Of a stretch of 64,000 nt of DNA, positions 22,613-33,189 are shown piece by piece (the first letter of the stretch is position 1; the number at the start of each line of letters is the position of its first letter). The position numbers and the translations under genes were made by a program. The notes under the pieces were generated by a model that had not been told where the DNA came from, did not search any database, and saw nothing but the letters and a program-made list of their open reading frames with translations. Source of the DNA: Lingula anatina (taxonomy: Eukaryota > Animalia > Brachiopoda); assembly GCA_051362555.1 (NCBI GenBank), contig CM120649.1, forward strand, positions 5,766,001-5,830,000, in the 5' to 3' direction.

Positions 22613-23396
22613 GGCAGGAAGATGACCTTACGAGGGATCGAATGAATGTACTTCACACCCTGCTTTAACCATATAATCATCAAAAGACCAGTTGTTTTTA
22701 ATCCTATAAAGATAGAAAGATATATATACAGAATGCAACAAGCAAAAAAGGCATTTGCTTCAAGATCCATTCATACATCTTCTACTAACAGTAACAGAGT
22801 GCCTCGCAGTTCCACACTGTCTTATTGGCAATCAAAAATTAGATGTAACTTAACTTTCTTACACATTCAATTGTGTATAAACATGGTTACAATAAAAAGA
22901 TGATACTCACCCGAATGAATAAACCAGACAGGAGTTTTGCTTTAGCTGAAAAGGGGGATCCAAACAGACCTCCCAGCCTCCGTCAAACCTGCTTCCAGCA
23001 CGCACATGTTGTCGACAGTCATACTGCTGAGTGAGTAAATATCTGGAAATGATATACCACAAGCATTTACTGTGGTAATTTGTGTATGGTTCAGTATCAT
23101 TGGAAAAAGAGTATGTACTAGAAATTGCAATGACAAAATACACACGATTACACACGATTCAACTTTGTATTGTCAAATTGTAGCTGCGCTATGTGACTGC
23201 AGTTTTCTGTAAATCCTTTGTTTTTCTCTCTATAAATTCCCGTCAGGGGAGGGGGGAGGGGGGAGGTGATTCAAAAGAACCCGTCATTTTGCTGGACAAA
23301 GGTAAACTTAAGTTTCATGACAAAAGCTCCACATTTTTAGAAAAAGAATCCCCCTTTAGCCGTTGCTGGCTTCGGGCCTGCACACACTCACGCACT

Positions 23397-23434
<38 letters not shown>

Positions 23435-24653
23435 AAACTGACCTATATAGATCGATCTCAAAGCGGTCCAGCACTTCCTTGTCTGTCCCCCCCGGAACTT
23501 CATCGTTATGATGAGGTACGGGAGCATACATGAATTCGACGTCCAGACCAGCAAAGAATGGGTGCGCATATCTTGACCTGCTTCCTGACGTTCTCTAGTC
23601 AAATATAACAAAAACCTGCCCTTAGCAAAATATCAGGCCTGTTGTAATATTGCGGCGAATTTGCAGTAAATTTGCTGCAGTATGACTGCAAATTAGCAGC
23701 AATAAAAAGTTATTGGTAACTCCTGCAAACTCGTTGCCGCAATTTTTTTTAGTTTGCAGCAATAATACTGCAATGTTGTTGCAAACTTTTCTTTTTTTTA
23801 CAGGTGGTTGTGCCGAGAATTGAAATCCTCACTGAAAGCGGAAAAATCACTTTTTGGGGAATGGGGATGGCGGTGGTGTATATCTCCTCTCGTTCCCACC
23901 AGAAACCATATTAATGCTGCTGAAAAAAAACATTTTTTTGCCCAAGGACACCCTTCCTTTCTTCCATTAATCTTTTCCTTGACAAAGAACTATATATACT
24001 GTACATACAATACCCTAAAATGCCCCGTTAGTCCATGTACCACCTCAACGAAAAATCCATAAAAAATCGTGTTCAAAATTCATGCTGCTTATATAAATAA
24101 GTTATAAATAAATAAACTAAATGAATGATAAAAAATAGAGACACGGGTGTAGTCGCATATATGGAATATTTCAGATATCGTCTTTTCTTTTACTTTTATA
24201 TTGATACTGAATGATTTATGACTTGGTAACTGCAGTAACCGCCAAGCAAAGTCAAATGAATAATACAAATATTTATACGTTAGATGCTTATGACGACCGA
24301 TTCAATTTTCATTTTCGTCTGTTTCTTTTCAAATTTGAAAGAAACTAGAACCAAGGGTTTTTTTTAACCCTTTTGCAATAACATTGTATCATCAGATGGA
24401 ATAAGACAAAGCAGATTTCTATATTTTCGTGGTTTTTAAATTATAACGTAAACAGAATATGCTTTATAGGCCCATTCGAATCACAGCCCACTTAATCGTG
24501 TGACAGGATTCACGATTTTATTATCATAATAAGTTCACCAAGATTATAAAATATGCATTTTTGCCTACCACTTACATCATTCAGCAAAAACTTCCATACA
24601 AAAAGGGTGATTGTCACTCCTACAATGATAATCTTGACTGGGACGCGTAGCAT
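20934..24653 (-). CDS. METTL24-like SAM-dependent methyltransferase (Methyltransf_22/FkbM-like), copy A, 293 aa, N-terminal signal anchor
   Basis: Exons 24653-24576, 23594-23443, 23042-22911, 22703-22632, 22043-21896, 21233-20934 total 882 nt with all phases consistent. Motifs DGGWEVCLD, CLVYSFGIKNNWSFDD, GCEVHSFDPS, LGHENRIIDVLKFDIE, VKQMAMEFH, EVQFVN. N-terminus MLRVPVKIIIVGVTITLFVWKFLL. Confidence 0.9.
21498..21743. mobile_element. PIF/Harbinger-like fold-back MITE in the last intron of METTL24-like copy A
   Basis: TAA TSD (21495-21497 and 21744-21746), internally palindromic, same family as 18651. The empty site is at about 28405-28425 in copy B. Confidence 0.8.
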
Positions 24654-24706
24654 TGTCACGGTTGATTTGGATCTCGCTGGAAATATGAAAAATAGGCAAT
24701 AATAAA

Positions 24707-24739
<33 letters not shown>

Positions 24740-24801
24740 CACGGAACCCCTTTTTCTGAGATCCATTTTGACTTGTCTCTGAACAGTTCTCCTTGTTCCT
24801 C

Positions 24802-24835
<34 letters not shown>

Positions 24836-25371
24836 GAAATCTTCATCCCTGGTCTGTCTTCAATTACCACGTATACATAGAATGGCCATTATAATAAATA
24901 TCAACTTTTTAAACTTTTTAAATTTTTAACTTTGAATTAATAATGATTTTAACTTTAAATTAGTAGCAATTAAAAGCAATGGAAACTATACGATACATAC
25001 CTCTGCCGCACAGCGAATGTAAAGTTCCATATAATTCCATATTCTCCCAGCCTCATGAAGTCAATTATAGATGAAAAGGACATGAATTATAAAAAACTTT
25101 TGACAAGCATGGGGGTCTCATCATAAACTGGAATATTTTAGAAGAAGACCTGCTGAACTCTGCAAACATCTGTCATTTATACTCATGACAGGGCCCACGT
25201 CATTTTAGAACATGTCCCAAAGTTGTGCATCTCATCGATTTTATATTTGTGGATCAAAGAGAGGTAACCCTTAATCCACCGGTATCTTCTTTTACTTGAA
25301 CTGGTATTAATTTCATCACATTCAATTTGTAGAAAGAAGTGTAAAGTGCAGGTATATCTCTTTTGTGTAAA

Positions 25372-25693
25372 GAAAGTTAAAAAACTGAGGAAAAAAGTAA
25401 AATTGGAAATAGTTGGAATTAAAAGTATAATTTATTTGGCAACAGGTCTTCAGCGACTTCTATGCAGAATCAGAGGTGAGCATGGGCAATATATAGGCAC
25501 ACTGAGATATCATTCCACAAACGTCGCAATCTCACCTCCAATGGCCAGTCCTGCCCCTATGTCCACTGCAGCTGGTCTTCCCTGGCTGGACGTCTGGGAG
25601 GCTGGAGACTTGGGGGTGGAGTAGCCACTGCGGACAGAGGACAGGCTACTTCTGGCGGGAACCAAATGGACTGCCCATACCTTCGGCTGGAGA
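25372..25693 (-). pseudogene. Duplicated fragment of the CCDC39 penultimate exon plus the start of its last intron
   Basis: Near-identical to 35685-36017. Carries an 11-bp frameshifting deletion (actggacgggc) and lacks the splice acceptor. Confidence 0.9.
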
Positions 25694-25781
25694 GAGAGAG
25701 ACTCCAAACTTCTGACAATTAAAACTCAAGACAAATTACTCTAGAGTTTTGAGGCAGCACATGTTAACAGATAATCAACTG

Positions 25782-25824
<43 letters not shown>

Positions 25825-25965
25825 TCCATACCAAACTTCAGACAATTAAAACTCAAGACAAATTACTCTAGAGTTTTGAGGCAGCAAATAAAATAGATAA
25901 TAGATAATCAACTGCCCAGCACGTGTTATCATTTTCGTACAATCATTTTTATCTATACGTTTCAG

Positions 25966-26274
25966 GACGCTATCTCTGTTTTCGATGCCAACGATCTCGC
26001 CCCAGTTTTACACGGAAACAACTTCACAGGGTCCAATCCACCGCCGAAGGCGCCCTCTAACGGCACCACGCCCAAGTTACAGAAAAATGGCGCCTTCGTC
26101 AAGAAACAATGTGTTGTGCAAAAGACAAAGTATTCTCAGTTGAGGAAACTGTTTCAGAAAAGATGGGACAATTATGTACTCTTTCTTTTGCGAAATTTGG
26201 ATATTGTAATATTAAATATTGGCGAAAAGCAGGGAAAAGGTTATCAAAAATTATTTCAGCCAAAGACAGAATAA
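25966..26274 (+). other. Duplicated second coding exon of the plus-strand membrane protein gene (orphan or alternative exon)
   Basis: tttcag|GACGCT acceptor retained. Open frame DAISVFDANDLAPVLHGNNFTGSNPPPKAPSNGTTPKLQKNG...; several differences from 19834 onward are synonymous (act gga/aca ggg, cca aaa/ccg aag). Confidence 0.55.
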
Positions 26275-26530
26275 TAGGTACTTTTACAGTATGGCCACCA
26301 ACTTAATACATATGTTGGTCTTCGATTTGCGAAGGTTTCCTAATTCAGTTATGAGCATACTGCACAAGTGCCGAATAACCTTGGAAACAAAGCAACTGGT
26401 GCATTGGTGTACCTCGTCTGAGAATATGATTAGAGTATATGAAATATATGTTGTTGTGGTTATAATAATAATAATAATAATAATAATTACAGGACTCTGT
26501 AATGGCAAGACTCTGTTATAATAATAATAA

Positions 26531-26583
<53 letters not shown>

Positions 26584-26915
26584 ACAGAGTCTCAATATAT
26601 ATATATATTAAGATTTGATTCTACACGAGTGTACATGTATTATTGGTGTTACGAGTATGTTTTTCTCTATTGTATCAATACTGTAAGCTTTTGACAAAAA
26701 ACCCTTATTACTGACTTACATACATTCTTTTGGATAACAGATTAATCTTCAGTGTTCAGTGACAAAATTAATTAACATTTACACATGGTCTTACGGGTGA
26801 CGTCATAATTGCGATTTTACCTTTACCTGAGCACCCACTAACACTGTATTAACGGCATTTTATGACATCATGAAGTACCCCAAAACCCTGCCAGCAATTT
26901 TTCTCTATAGGCTTA

Positions 26916-27262
26916 AGCCTCGGTCACAACTGGCCGTACGGGCTCTTACGGGCTGTTTGCGTCCAAATTTTGCGCAGAATCTCACGTCCCACGCAAGTCC
27001 TTACGCAATTTCGAGTTCGCAGACAGCCCGTTAGCACGTACGGAGGATGTTGGACATGTCCAAAAGATTCTACAAATAGCCTGCGAACAGCGAGGCCGCA
27101 AGCGTAACTTGCTCCCCTCGCACGGAGTTAGCCAGACAGACGCACGTTGAGCAAGACGCACGTCGCAAGCCATGAAGGAGCAAGTGCGATTCAACCACGA
27201 ATCCTGAAATTTGTCAATTCCTGGCGATTCGTGGGATTCGTGGTCTGTGTGAAATAGGGGCA
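26916..27262. mobile_element. Probable Harbinger-like element or remnant present only in copy B
   Basis: GC-richer block starting ttaAGCCTCGGTCACA and ending TGTGAAATAGGGGCAtaa. Copy A has unrelated sequence at the same position (about 20605-20700). TIRs are imperfect. Confidence 0.5.
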
Positions 27263-27904
27263 TAACAAAAATGATGGCACGGGATTGAAGCACATAGACT
27301 AGAGGTCAACTATTCCAATTTTCATGGTAAAATCTTGTTCAGGGATGAAAGTACGCCTCATACCGATTGCTTTCTCACCTCAAAATAGAAAGGTGTTTAA
27401 CTAACGATAAAAGTTTTGAGTAGCCTATGCTAATATATAGCAACGAGAGATATGAACACCGATGTTTTATATATTTGACTTACAATGACATATTTATTGT
27501 CAGCACAATCAGCATAATGAGAGATGCATCATTGAATTATTATTAGTGTAATGGTTTATTATCATCCAGAGGTACCTTGAAATCCGATTATCAACCAAGG
27601 ATACCTTGAATCCGAGATTTAATCCGTGTGGAGGCGGGGACACCAAGATATTAAGCGGCTTTGCTTGTAAGTGAGGTCGGCAATATTTAGTCCGTGGATC
27701 AGTTAGCATGCGGATCATCTGCGACCTTAAGAGATTATTTCGGAGGGTGGCCTTTTATGGCGGTCCACGTGGTCGCAACGGATTTCAGAATAATTGTGAT
27801 AATCGCCGTTTTGTTGTTAAAATGGAATTTATTATAAATCTGTGTGTTGCTTAAAATGTATTTATTGTGGAATTTTGAATCTCACGTAAAAAGTTGTTAT
27901 CCCT

Positions 27905-29160
27905 TTATTGAACAAAATTCACATTGACAAACTGCACCTCCAATACATTGGCTAGCATTCTGTTCGTTCTAGTAGAGTTTTCGCGTGTCGGATGCCAGTC
28001 CCGTGAGAAATAAATTCTGAATCCCGCCTCTTTAAGCCCCTTCAGGAAGCCCATCTGTTCCAAAGTGGGAGGTGTGTTGCTAACGCGAATATGGAACTCC
28101 ATTGCCATCTGTTTCACATTGCGGAGACTTTCTTCCTGCAGCATTACTGGCACAGCCGTGTACTCTGACAACTCAATGTCGAACTTTAAAACGTCAATAA
28201 TTCTCTGAAATTGCAAACGGGAAAAAGGTTAAGAATGTTTTTAAAAGTAGATATTTGGCGCTTACGAAAAGTATTTAAAACAAAAACAAAGTCGGGCATT
28301 TAAGCCGGTTAAGTTGATCGCAATTCAATGAGACTTTCCAAGGAGATAGGTCGATCCAAATATCTGTGGGAATGGTCCCTTAATTACCCCTAGCTGTTAG
28401 AGGGGGTGTGTCGAAATCTGAATGCTCCCAGATCCAATATCACAAGGAAACACTTTGCAAAAAGTAGTGCGCCTTTAGATCGTTCACCTAATCAAATAAA
28501 CCTAGCAATGTATATCGCAGATCTTATAGTTAAGGTAGTACGAACTTTTTCATGTCCTAGCGTTTTTATTATAGTTCCCAGCGTATTCACCGGCCGTCGT
28601 CTTCCAAGTATGGGTTTTTTACCGTTCCATCCCTCAAGGCCCAAGTTATGGAAGATGTTTCCGGGCACGCGGACGTGGTCTTCCTGCCCTATCCTGGAGA
28701 TTTAACAAGTCAAGCGTTAAAGGGTTGTTGTGTTTTTTTTTTAGTTTTTATAAATTAAATATGACAATCTGTTATATTTCTCTTGTTGGATATGGATTCT
28801 ATTTTCTAAATATTCTCAGGAGCGTCTAAAAGGATAGTTAATGGTTGACAGTTACAGCTTCGGTTCAACAGTTAAAACTTTAGGGAGATTGTGCGGACTA
28901 TAAATCCCTGCAGTGCAGGGTATTTTGCAGTACTAAATATTTAAAAGAAACACGAGCGACAGTTTTCTCTCTTTTCGAGTACTTTTTCAAATAGACCGTG
29001 TCTGTGGCCCAATCCTTATCGATCCGCTTCAATGCACTAATAAGGGTAACATTGCCGAAAGGTGAGTTTTATTGCCTGTACCATTAAATGATGTATATGG
29101 CTAAGAGTGTATTACGAATTTCAAACGCTTAATAAAATTAATGAGTTATATATTTTGTTG

Positions 29161-29232
<72 letters not shown>

Positions 29233-30039
29233 CAGGAAGATGACCTTACGTGGGATCGAATGAATGTACTTCACACCCTGCTTTAACCATATAGTCATCA
29301 AAAGACCAGTTGTTTTTAATCCTATAAAGATAGAAAGAGATATATATACAGAATGCAACAAGCAAAAAAGGCATTTGCTTCAAGATCCATCCATACATCT
29401 TCTACTAACAGTAACAGAGTGCCTCGCAGTTCCACACAGTCTCATTTGCAGTCAAAATTTAGATGTAACTTAACTTTCTTACACATTCAGTTGTGTATAA
29501 ACATGGTTACAATAAAAAGATGATACTCACCCGAATGAATAAACCAGACAGGAGTTTTGCTTGAGCTGAAAAGGGGGATCCAAACAGACCTCCCACCCTC
29601 CGTCAAACCTGCTACCAGCACGCACATGTTGTCGACAGTCGTACTGCTGAGTGAGTAAATATCTATAAATACAATACCGCAAGCTTTTACTGTAGTTATT
29701 TGTGTATGGTTCAGTATCATTGGAAAAAGAGTATGTACTATAAATTGCAATGAAAAAATACACACGTTTCAACTTTGTATTGTAAAACTGTAGCTGTGCT
29801 ATATGACTGCAGTTTTCTGTAAATTCTTTGTTTTTCTTTCAATAAATTCCCTTTAAAACAGGGGGGGGGGGGTTCGGGGATTCGAAAGAACCCCCCCCCC
29901 CTTTTTGCTGGGAAAAGGTCCACTCTGGGTAAATTCGCTCTAGGTAAACTAAGGTTTCATGACAAAAGGTCCACATTTTCCAGAAAAAGAAACCCCTTTA
30001 GCAATTGCTGGCTACAGGCCTACACACACTCACGCTCAT

Positions 30040-30088
<49 letters not shown>

Positions 30089-31414
30089 AAACTCACCTAT
30101 ATAGATCAATCTCAAAGCGGTCCAGCACTTCCTTGTCTGTCCCCTCCGGAACTTCATCGTTATGATGAGGCACGGGAGCATACATGAATTCGACGTCCAG
30201 ACCAGCAAAGAATGGGTGCGCATATCTTGACCTGCTTCCTGACGTTCTCTAGTCAAATATAACAAAAAGTTGCCCTTAGCAAAATATCAGGCCTGTTGTA
30301 ATATTGCAACGAATTTGCAGTAAATTTGCTGCAATATTTCTGCAAGCTGCAATTCTTTCTTGCAAATTTGCAGCAGTTTTGCTACAATATGACTGCAAAT
30401 TAGCAGCGATAAAAATTTCTTGCAAATTCCTGCAAACTCGTTGCCGCAATTTTTTAGTTTGCAGCAATATTGCTGTAATGTTGCTGCAAACATTTCAATT
30501 TTGTAAGGGAGATTGTACCGAGAATTGAAATCCTCATTGAAAGCGAAAAAAATCACTTTTTGGGGGATGGGGATGGCGGTGGTGTATATCTACTTCTTCT
30601 CCCACCAGAAACCATACTGATTTTGTTGAAAAAAAAACTTTTACTCAAGGACATCCTTCCTTTCCTCCATTAATCTTATCCTTGACAAAAATGTACATAA
30701 AATGTCCTAAAATACTTTTCCTCACCACGTATTATAGGGAATGATGATTAATGCTACCACCCATGGACAAAATGTTGTACATGTATTAAAGAAAAATCCA
30801 TTAAAAGTCATTTACAAAATCCTTGCTGCTTATACATTGTAGAAATAAGTTATAAATAAATAAACTAAATGAATGATAAAACCTTAAACTGAAGACACGT
30901 GTGTAGTCGTATATATGGGATATTTCAGATATCGTTTTTTTTCCTTTTACTATTCGAGCGTCAGAGTATTATATCAGCACTGAATGATTTAATAACTTGG
31001 TAACCGCGATGACCGCAAGGCACAGAGTCAATATCTATACGTAAGATGTTCATGGAGACCGATTCCATTTTTATTTTCGTCCGTTTGTTTCAAAGTGTAT
31101 ATTTAAAAGAAAAAGCTTACATTACTAAATTGTTTTTTCCCTTGAATCTCCTTGCTATAACATTGTATCAATAGAAGGAATGAAAACAAAGCAGATTTCT
31201 ATACTAACGTAATCAGAATATGCTTTATTGGCTCATACGAATGACCGCTCACTCAAGCATGTAATAGGATTACTAATTATATTATTATAATAAGTTCACC
31301 AAGCTAATAAAATATACATTTTTGCCTACCACTTACATCATTCAGCAAAAACTGCCATACAAAAAGGGTGATTGTTACTCCTACAATGATAATCTTTACG
31401 GGAACCCTTGGCAT
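27905..31414 (-). CDS. METTL24-like SAM-dependent methyltransferase, copy B, 293 aa
   Basis: Exons 31414-31337, 30248-30097, 29662-29531, 29321-29250, 28693-28546, 28204-27905. Exon lengths are identical to copy A (78/152/132/72/148/300), with intact splice sites and motifs. Confidence 0.9.
30274..30509. mobile_element. MITE with CCCTTA(G)CAAAAT / ATTTTGTAAGGG termini and internal TTGCAGCAA-type repeats (CACTA/CMC-like by inference)
   Basis: Inverted termini and many TTGC(A/T)GCAA palindromic motifs. A shorter decayed homolog at about 23618-23805 shows it predates the duplication. Confidence 0.55.
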
Positions 31415-31534
31415 TGTCACGGTTGATTTGGATGTCGTTGAAAATCTGAAAAAAGGCTAAAAATGAACACACACAGAGCACTTTTTTCTGAGATCCATTT
31501 CGACTTGTCTCAGAACAGTTCTCCGTGTTCCTCC

Positions 31535-31567
<33 letters not shown>

Positions 31568-32221
31568 GAAATCTTCATCGTGGTCTATCTTCAATTACGT
31601 CACTGAATGGCCATTATAATAAATATAAACATTTTTAACTTTAAATTTTAACATTAAATCAATAACAATTTTTACCATTAAATTAATAGCAATAAATAGC
31701 AATGAAAGCTATACGATACATACCTCTACCAAACAGCGAATGTAAAGATCCATATAATTCCACCCTCATTATGTCAATTATAGATGAAAACGACACAAAT
31801 TATGTAACGAAGGAGTGTTTTAGCTTTATAGCTACGGATAGCTCCTAAACTCCTTACTTTTTAGCTCACAAAAAGGTCAATTTTATATCAAAGTTCACGA
31901 GACAAAACCAAGAAATGTGCCTCCATATCACATACACTGTATTTGATTTCTTTCTTTCTTTTTTTCTTTTTTATTTTTTTGATAAGCATGGGGGTGTCAT
32001 CATAAAGTGGAATATCTCAGAAGAAGACCTGCTGAGCTCTCCAACCATCGGTCATTTATACTCGTGACAGGGCCCACGTCGTTGGAGAACATGTCCCAAA
32101 GTTGTGCATCTCATCGATATTATATTTGCGGATCAAAGCGAGGCAACCCTTAATCCACCGTCTTATTTTACTTGATCTGGTATTAATTACATTACATTCA
32201 GTTTGTAGAAAGAAGTGTTAA

Positions 32222-32318
32222 GGGTATACTGTGATGAAAAACCGGGTTAAAAGTTTTTATCCTGTAAAACAGCAGTGAACGCTCTGTGTTCCTAGTAGAC
32301 TATAGAGCACAGTACGCC
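32222..32318. mobile_element. Tiny MITE (about 100 bp) flanked by TTAA
   Basis: TTAA-GGGTATACTGTG ... CACAGTACGCC-TTAA. Absent at the homologous site in copy A (agaagtgtaaagtgca, about 25335-25350). RR...YY ends with TTAA suggest Kolobok-like (inference). Confidence 0.65.
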
Positions 32319-33189
32319 TTAAAGTGCATGTATATCTCTTTTGTATATGGGCCTCATTGTGGGAATCAGGAAAAAATAAATCATCAGAATGAATTGAAGT
32401 ATTTAGCAGCATGAGACGTCCTCATGCACTTACACCTCTAAAGCTATCTTTGTTCCTGACAATTCTTTAACGATGTGTTTGGATACTTTTAAAGCGATAT
32501 TGAAACGTTATTTGACGGATTTGAATGTGATGAAACCCCTTTCTTGCAATTCTTTTTGTATTTGAACCTGACACAAATCTGAAACTAAAATGCTATTTAT
32601 ATTGCCATGAATTTTCTTCCCACCTCGGCTGCAAACTTTGATTTAGCTTAAAGAAAAAAAATAAAGACAGGCATGGCAACTTGATCTTGCGAAGTGTCAG
32701 TGGTACTTGTTCTTATTACAGCCAATAAGACACATTGAGGTTAAGGAACTATTTTTTTCATTTTTCGAAAAAAGAAAATAACCAACACAGTATCGAAGGT
32801 TGATAAATAGTTTATTTTCATTACTGAATCATTTGTAAATGAAATATATATATATATATATATATATCAAATATTTACAAGTGGATAAATATATACAATT
32901 TAAATGTAAAACGTAAAAACAATTGGTTTTGTACCTTACATAAAGTAAATAACATATCACAGTCTGCTATCCAAGGTCACAAAATTGATGGACATTTTAT
33001 TATTATTATTATCATCGACTTTTTCAGATAATCACATCAAGGCATCACACTTCTTCATCTTCTCCAGCATGATGTTCAATGTGTTATAAATGTCCAAATT
33101 TACCCCCCCCCCCTCCCAACCAAGACCGACTACGCACATTCAAAGTCGTGTGAAAATGGTGAATATCCCGTGTATAAGAGTTGCCAAGG

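Larger units (their letters stand above)
19652..25690. repeat. Tandem segmental duplication, copy A
   Basis: Colinear with 25691-36017 across introns, exons and flanks. Lacks about 32346-35681 of copy B. Confidence 0.9.

Noticed and set aside
25346-25624. Plus-strand ORF apparently conserved with 35749-35937
   Set aside because: The similarity comes from the duplicated antisense of a CCDC39 exon, not from an independent gene.
27590-27790. GC-richer stretch downstream of METTL24-like B that might be a structured RNA or SECIS
   Set aside because: No recognisable RNA motif, no in-frame UGA in the gene, and it is mostly deleted in copy A.
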